From assembly GCA_963850835.1 (NCBI GenBank), contig CAWKNB010000021.1, forward strand, positions 8,525-72,524: a stretch of DNA of 64,000 nt, read 5' to 3'. A model generated the notes under the pieces. It was not told where the DNA came from. It did no database searches and worked only from the letters and a program-made list of their open reading frames with translations. The DNA is from an uncultured Actinomycetota bacterium (lineage in GTDB: Bacteria > Actinomycetota > Actinomycetes > Mycobacteriales > Jatrophihabitantaceae). Below are positions 59,326 to 64,000 of this stretch, in pieces (the first letter of the stretch is position 1; each line of letters starts with the position of its first letter). The translations under genes were made by a program, and so were the position numbers.

Positions 59326-60407
59326 TTACCACCCCAACAGATCTTCTGGGCCTGCGTTGTCGTCAACCCAGCGACGCCGTGCTGCGGATCGTCGGTGTAC
59401 AGCTTCGTACCGGTGTTGATGAAGTCCTGGCCCGGTTGATTCGTCGGTCTTCTTACCGGTCTTCGCGAATTTGGCGACCGCGTCGACGCCGAGCCGGGCC
59501 ATCTTGTCCGGGTACTGGCCGGCGGTTGCGCCGATCGCGCCGCTCTTCACGAAGTGCAGCGCGGCGCAGCCGCCGTCGACGGTGACCACGGTGACGTCCT
59601 TCTTCCCCTGATTGCGCAGCGCCGTCGTCGCGCCCTCGGCTGAAGGCTCGTTGATCGTATAGACGGTGTTGATCTTCGGGTCTTTCGACAGGCACGTTTC
59701 CATCGCCTGTTGACCGCCGGTCTCGGCCCCCTGCGTGGCGAGTTGGCAACTGATCTTGTAGGTACCGCCCTTGCCGCCGGTGTAGTGCCCGCTCTTCGGC
59801 TCCGCGCCGTTGACGCCCGGGTTGCCGACCGGGATGCCCATGCCTTTGAGGAACCCGTGATCGCGGCTGACATCGACGCTGAGCACCTGGTCGGACAGGT
59901 CATCGAGCAACGCGATATCGGCGGACTTGCCGTTGAGCTTGGTCGCCATCCATTTGCCGACCAGCATGCCGGCCTGGGTGTTGTCGGTGGCATAGGTGAC
60001 GTCGGCCGTACTCGCCGGCACCGGCGCCGTGTCGAGGACGACCACGGTGATGCCATAGGTCTTGGCCTGGTTCAACGCAGTGTTCACCGCGTCGCCGTTC
60101 GGGGTGATGATGATGCCCTTGACGCCCTCGGCGATCGCGGCGTCGACCTGGTTGATCTGTGAATACGTGTCGTCGTCGGTCTTTCCGGCGGTCACCTGCA
60201 AGTACAGATGTTGCTTGGCGGCCTCCGTCTTGGCAGCGGCCTCCATCGAGATCCAGTAGGGGTTCGTGAACTCCTTGAGGATGAGCGCAACCTTCGGCGG
60301 CCACCACCAGGGCCACTGCACGCGACGAGCAACGCCGCGGCGACACACATCGGAACAACGAACGCAACCAACCGGGTGAACCGGCCGATCGCACTCCGTC
60401 GAACCAC
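59326..60407 (-). CDS. Sugar ABC substrate-binding lipoprotein (FrcB-like), frameshifts near both ends
   Basis: Lipobox LVAC in one frame. Core LILKEFTNPYW, ATDNTQAG and YTINEP. The C-terminus INTGTKLYTD...AQKICWGG* is restored by an indel. Confidence 0.82.
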
Positions 60408-60518
60408 GCAAGAGTGCTTGCCCGGCACCTCCCCTGGATTAACACACGCCTTCACGATCGTTCAGGTGCGCGGCAACTAGGCTTCTCCCATGACCAGTTC
60501 ACGTGAACGGCAGCGCTG

Positions 60519-60968
60519 ATGTCCGACCAGGTGCATTACCGAGAACCGGGCTGGTTCACCCGCAACGTGGCCAATCGTGTCGTCGCGGGGTTGACTCGGG
60601 CCGGCATCAGCGTGTGGGGCAGTCGCGTGCTCGAGGTGCCCGGTCGGACCAGCGGTGTACCCCGGCGGGTGCCGGTGAACCTGTTGCGCCTCGAAGGGCG
60701 CGACTACTTGGTGTCCGCACGCGGAACCGGCTCGTGGGTTCGCAACGTCCGAGCCGCCGACGGCAGCCTCACGTTGCTTCTCGGCAAGCGTCGCGAACGG
60801 CGGCACGCCACCGAATTGCCGGACGCGGACAAGGTGCCGGTGCTGCGCGCCTATCTGGCGAAGTGGAAGGCAGAGGTCGGCGCCTTCTTCGACGGCGTCG
60901 ACGCGAAATCCTCGGACCAGCAGATCGCCGCGATCGCCGCCAAGCACCCCGTCTTCGTCCTCGACTGA
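60519..60968 (+). CDS. Deazaflavin (F420)-dependent nitroreductase-family protein
   Basis: LEVPGRTSGVPRRVPV, GSWVRNVRA and HPVFVL. Confidence 0.85.
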   Translation: MSDQVHYREPGWFTRNVANRVVAGLTRAGISVWGSRVLEVPGRTSGVPRRVPVNLLRLEGRDYLVSARGTGSWVRNVRAADGSLTLLLGKRRERRHATELPDADKVPVLRAYLAKWKAEVGAFFDGVDAKSSDQQIAAIAAKHPVFVLD

Positions 60969-61012
60969 ATCCGAGCACTGGGCCCCAGTCGCGTGACCAC
61001 CAGTTGGATGGA

Positions 61013-62093
61013 TCAGTCGGTCGCGTAGCGGGCGAGCACGTCGTCGTCCCAATTGACACCGGTGCCGGGCGCGTCCTCGTCGATGACAGCGTGGCCGTCG
61101 TTGAGGGTGAGCGGCTGTTCCAACACGGTGTTCCACCAGTCGGCGTACTCCAACCGGTGCGCCGTCGGGGTGACGCACAGCAGGTGCGCGCTGATCTCGG
61201 GGAACAGGTGGCTGCTGACCGGCAGTTGATGCGCGGCGGCGAGTCTGCGACACGCAGCCAGCCGGTCACTCCGCCGACCTTCATGACGTCGGGCATCAGG
61301 TGGTCGCTCGCGCTGAGTCGGACGGCGGGCCGAATTCCTCCGGCCCACCAGCTTTCCCCGGCCTGCAGCGGCGTGCGGATCTCGCGGGCGAGCGCGGCCA
61401 TGCCGGTGTAATCGTGGCTGGCCAGCGGCTCCTCGATCCACGCGAGGCCCTCGTCGTCGAGGGCGCGTAGCCGCACCCGGGCCTCGGCCGGGTCGAGTGA
61501 CTGGTTGTAGTCGACCATGATCTCGACGTCGGGACCGACGGCAGCGCGGATCGCCCGCACCACCGCGAGGTCCTCCGCGAGCGTCGGGTAGCCGATCTTC
61601 GGCTTGACCCCGCGCACCCCCTGCTCGACCCAGGCCGCAGCCCGAGCAGCGGACTTGTCAGCGCCGTCGTAGCCGATGCCGCCGTACACCGGGATGGGAC
61701 GAGCGCGGGCGCCGAGCAACCGCACCAACGAGAGCCCGCGCTGCGCGCCAGCGCATCCCAGACCGCCATGTCGATGGCCGCGATTGCCATTCCGGTGAGG
61801 CCGTGCGTTCCGACGAGCCGGAACTTCGCGGTCAACGTCCGGGAAACGTCGGCCGGCGAGAGCGCCGCGCCGACCAGCAGCGGCGCGGCGTCGTCGATCA
61901 GCCGAGCCGTCGGTGCAAGCGCTTCGACGCAATAGGTAAATGCCATACCGCGCCCGCGCACTCCGTCGCTCGTCCTGAGCTCGACGAGGACCAGCGGCGA
62001 CTCGTGGACGGTGCCGGCCGCCGTGCGGTGCGGATGCGGCATCGGCACCCGCACAGCGTGGGCAGTGAGTCGTTCGATGTTCGGAGGCGCCAT
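61013..62093 (-). CDS. Mandelate racemase-like enolase-superfamily enzyme, several frameshifts
   Basis: VKPKIGY (KxK), MVDYNQSL, WIEEP, QAGE, MPDVMKVGGVTGW, SSHLF and LEY. Confidence 0.85.
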
Positions 62094-62141
62094 GGCGCCA
62101 TCGCTACGCCGCCACCCGCGCCGGTGTCAATGGACCCTGCC

Positions 62142-62800
62142 TCATCGTGCGAACGCCCACGCCACCATCTTCGGGAATTCCCGACGCCAGAACGGATCGC
62201 CGTGTGATCCGGCGCGCTCCGTCATGACGACGTCCGCGCCGGCCGCTTGGAATGCCGCCGCCCACCGGGTCGCGTTCGCGTGAAAGAACGGCTCCTCGGT
62301 TCCGGCGACGAAGTACGCCCGTGGTAGCGGCGTCGGCATCACCGCAGGCGGTCGGAACCCCGCGCCCGGCGAGGCGCAGAATATGGCGCCGTAGGTGTTC
62401 GGGTGACGGAGTCCCATAGCCAGCGCCAACTCCCCGCCGGCCGAGACGCGAGCACCGCTGTGCGTTCAGCGGGCACCGCCACACCGAACCGAGATGTCGT
62501 CCATCTCCGGACCTCATCGACGAAGAACGCCTCATGAGCCGTGAACCGTTGCGGATCGAAGCTCGGCGAGTACTCCTGAAGCCGCAGCGTCTCGTCGGCC
62601 CGTCGGTGAACACCGACGATCAACGTGGGCGGCATGTCGGCCGCCTCGAGGTCGACGCCCCAACGTGTGAGCTCCTGACCATCTCCGGCGAACACGACCG
62701 CCTCGGGCCGCTCCGGGGGCACATACACCGTCACCTGCCGCCCTTCGTCGTACTTGAACGTCTCGGTGACGAACTCGCCGTCGGCGAACGGCATCATCAT
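62142..62800 (-). CDS. Putative esterase (alpha/beta hydrolase), frameshift ~62450
   Basis: RQVTVYVPP, AGDGQ and RLQEYSP. The (G)VSAGG elbow is restored by one base. Also CASPG and SHGDPFW. Confidence 0.8.
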
Positions 62801-62831
62801 CGCCTCCCCTCATGTCGGTGATACTCAATGG

Positions 62832-63195
62832 ATGATTCACGTCGAACCGCCGCCCGGCTACCGGTCGGTCACTCCGCGATTCGTCTCTGGCGTCGCTGCC
62901 GCCGTCGAGTTCCTCCGATCGGTTTTCGGCGCGACCGGCGAACTGCAACCGGCGCGTCCGGCAAGCTGCGGATCGGGACTCACTCGTCATGATCAGCGAG
63001 GCGGGCGAACGCGGGCCATTTCCCGTCTTCCTCTACGTCTACGTCGACGACGCCGACTCGATATGCCCGGGCCGTCGCAGGCGGAGCGTGAGCATGGAGG
63101 AGCCACTCGACACTCCCTACGGCGATCATCGCGCGATGGTGCGTGACCGCTGGGGCAACCTCTTCCAGATCGCGCATCCCCTGACGACGACCTGA
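62832..63195 (+). CDS. VOC/glyoxalase-family protein, frameshifted
   Basis: YRSVTPRF...FLRSVFGA, then LRIGDSLVMISE, LYVYVDDAD and PYGDHRAMVRDRWGNLFQI. Confidence 0.8.
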
Positions 63196-63207
63196 TCGGC
63201 TCATACT

Positions 63208-63231
63208 CATATACGCTTGCACATATATATG
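63208..63231. promoter_or_regulatory. Probable ArsR autoregulatory operator (CATATA-N12-TATATG)
   Basis: AT-rich inverted repeat just upstream of arsR. Confidence 0.5.
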
Positions 63232-63251
63232 TTGATACGTATGTTGAATCG

Positions 63252-63599
63252 GTGCCAGCAACCTCGACGGTCCTCGAAGTGATCGCTGAACCAACGCGGC
63301 GGCGGATCCTCGATGCCGTTCGCGGTGGCGAACGGTCGGTCGGTGAACTGGTCGAGAAGGTCGGAATGCATCAGCCGGGCGTGTCCCGTCACCTGAAGGT
63401 GCTGCGTGACGCCGGGTTGGTGGAGGTCCGCCACGATGCTCAGCGACGGTTGTACCGCCTGCGTCCAGAGCCGCTGATGGAGCTCGACGCGTGGCTGGAG
63501 CCGTATCGAGCGGAGTGGGCAGCGCGGCTCGATTCGCTCGAGGACCACCTGGGACGCACGGCGCTTCCGGTCCCTCGAAATTCGAAAGAGCGCCGATGA
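63252..63599 (+). CDS. ArsR/SmtB-family regulator
   Basis: IAEPTRRRILD, SVGEL, QPGVSRHLKVLRDAGLV and QRRLYRL. Confidence 0.92.
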   Translation: MPATSTVLEVIAEPTRRRILDAVRGGERSVGELVEKVGMHQPGVSRHLKVLRDAGLVEVRHDAQRRLYRLRPEPLMELDAWLEPYRAEWAARLDSLEDHLGRTALPVPRNSKERR

Positions 63600-64000
63600 A
63601 CGGCCTCCCGTCCGCTTCCTACGACGGCACGTTGGAACGCACCACCGACGGTGGTGTCATCCGGTTCGAACGCCACCTTCGCTATCCGGTCCGCGAAGTA
63701 TGGGACGCGATCACGAATCCGGCGCGGCTGGCCGAATGGTGGCCGTCGTTCGACGCCGACATCACGATCGACCTCCGGGCCGGCGGCCGGATGGTGATTG
63801 CCCCGCGCAGTCAGGAGCCGATGACGATCACGTGCATGATCCTTCGCGTCGAGGCGCCCGTGTTGTTCGAGCACACCCACTTCGACGCCGAGTCGTACCT
63901 GCGTTGGGAGATCGAGCCCGTCGACAGCGGTTGCGTGTTGCGGCTGAGCCATTTCTTGACCGACCCGGCCGGCGCGATCGACAAGTCCTATGTCGCTGGG
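63596..64000 (+). CDS. SRPBCC/AHA1-family protein (3' partial)
   Basis: ATG 63596 (ATGA overlap). IRFERHLRYPVREVWDAIT.P.RLAEWW and LRWEIEP. Confidence 0.88.
   Translation, partial: MNGLPSASYDGTLERTTDGGVIRFERHLRYPVREVWDAITNPARLAEWWPSFDADITIDLRAGGRMVIAPRSQEPMTITCMILRVEAPVLFEHTHFDAESYLRWEIEPVDSGCVLRLSHFLTDPAGAIDKSYVAG

Noticed and set aside
1-64000. CRISPR array, IS/transposase, integrase, prophage, tRNA or rRNA
   Set aside because: No regularly spaced repeats, terminal inverted repeats with a transposase, phage hallmark genes or stable-RNA signatures were seen by eye.

Overview
Very GC-rich actinobacterial chromosomal DNA. F420-type split-barrel genes, a class F sortase with DUF4397 and a Pls-type NRPS point to an actinomycete; the genus is not determinable here. 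I found about 60 genes and no rRNA, tRNA, CRISPR array, transposase or integrase. Many genes are split by single-base indels, which look like long-read assembly errors. Left part (1-32 kb): LysR, a fluoride riboswitch with crcB-crcB-DUF190, an epsilon-poly-L-lysine-synthetase-like NRPS operon (pls / M1 peptidase / DUF2332, translationally coupled), a rifamycin phosphotransferase (rph) with no visible RAE, several oxidoreductases, an alkyl sulfatase and a set of secreted or orphan proteins. Main discovery: a ~25 kb organosulfur-scavenging island (32.0-57.5 kb) made of four divergent operon pairs. Every one of the four divergent intergenic regions carries the same palindromic motif (YCTA-N9-TRGA, five copies), and no regulator is encoded locally. 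Two of the transporter operons are additionally preceded by Cys-containing short ORFs, one apparently leaderless and followed by an alternative SD-sequestering hairpin. The motif ties several unexpected genes to sulfur starvation: a sphingosine-1-phosphate-lyase-like PLP enzyme with a single-Cys DsbA-fold partner (hypothesis: a sulfonolipid/capnine lyase that releases taurine for the neighbouring TauABC/TauD), a clade-D beta-carbonic anhydrase with DUF4395, an IPNS-like oxygenase with a dead hydrolase and two DUF427 proteins, an FAD/NAD-binding-TPR fusion, and an unannotated 32-aa protein. Right end: a FrcBCA-like sugar ABC transporter, a mandelate-racemase-like enzyme, an esterase, a VOC protein and ArsR-SRPBCC.
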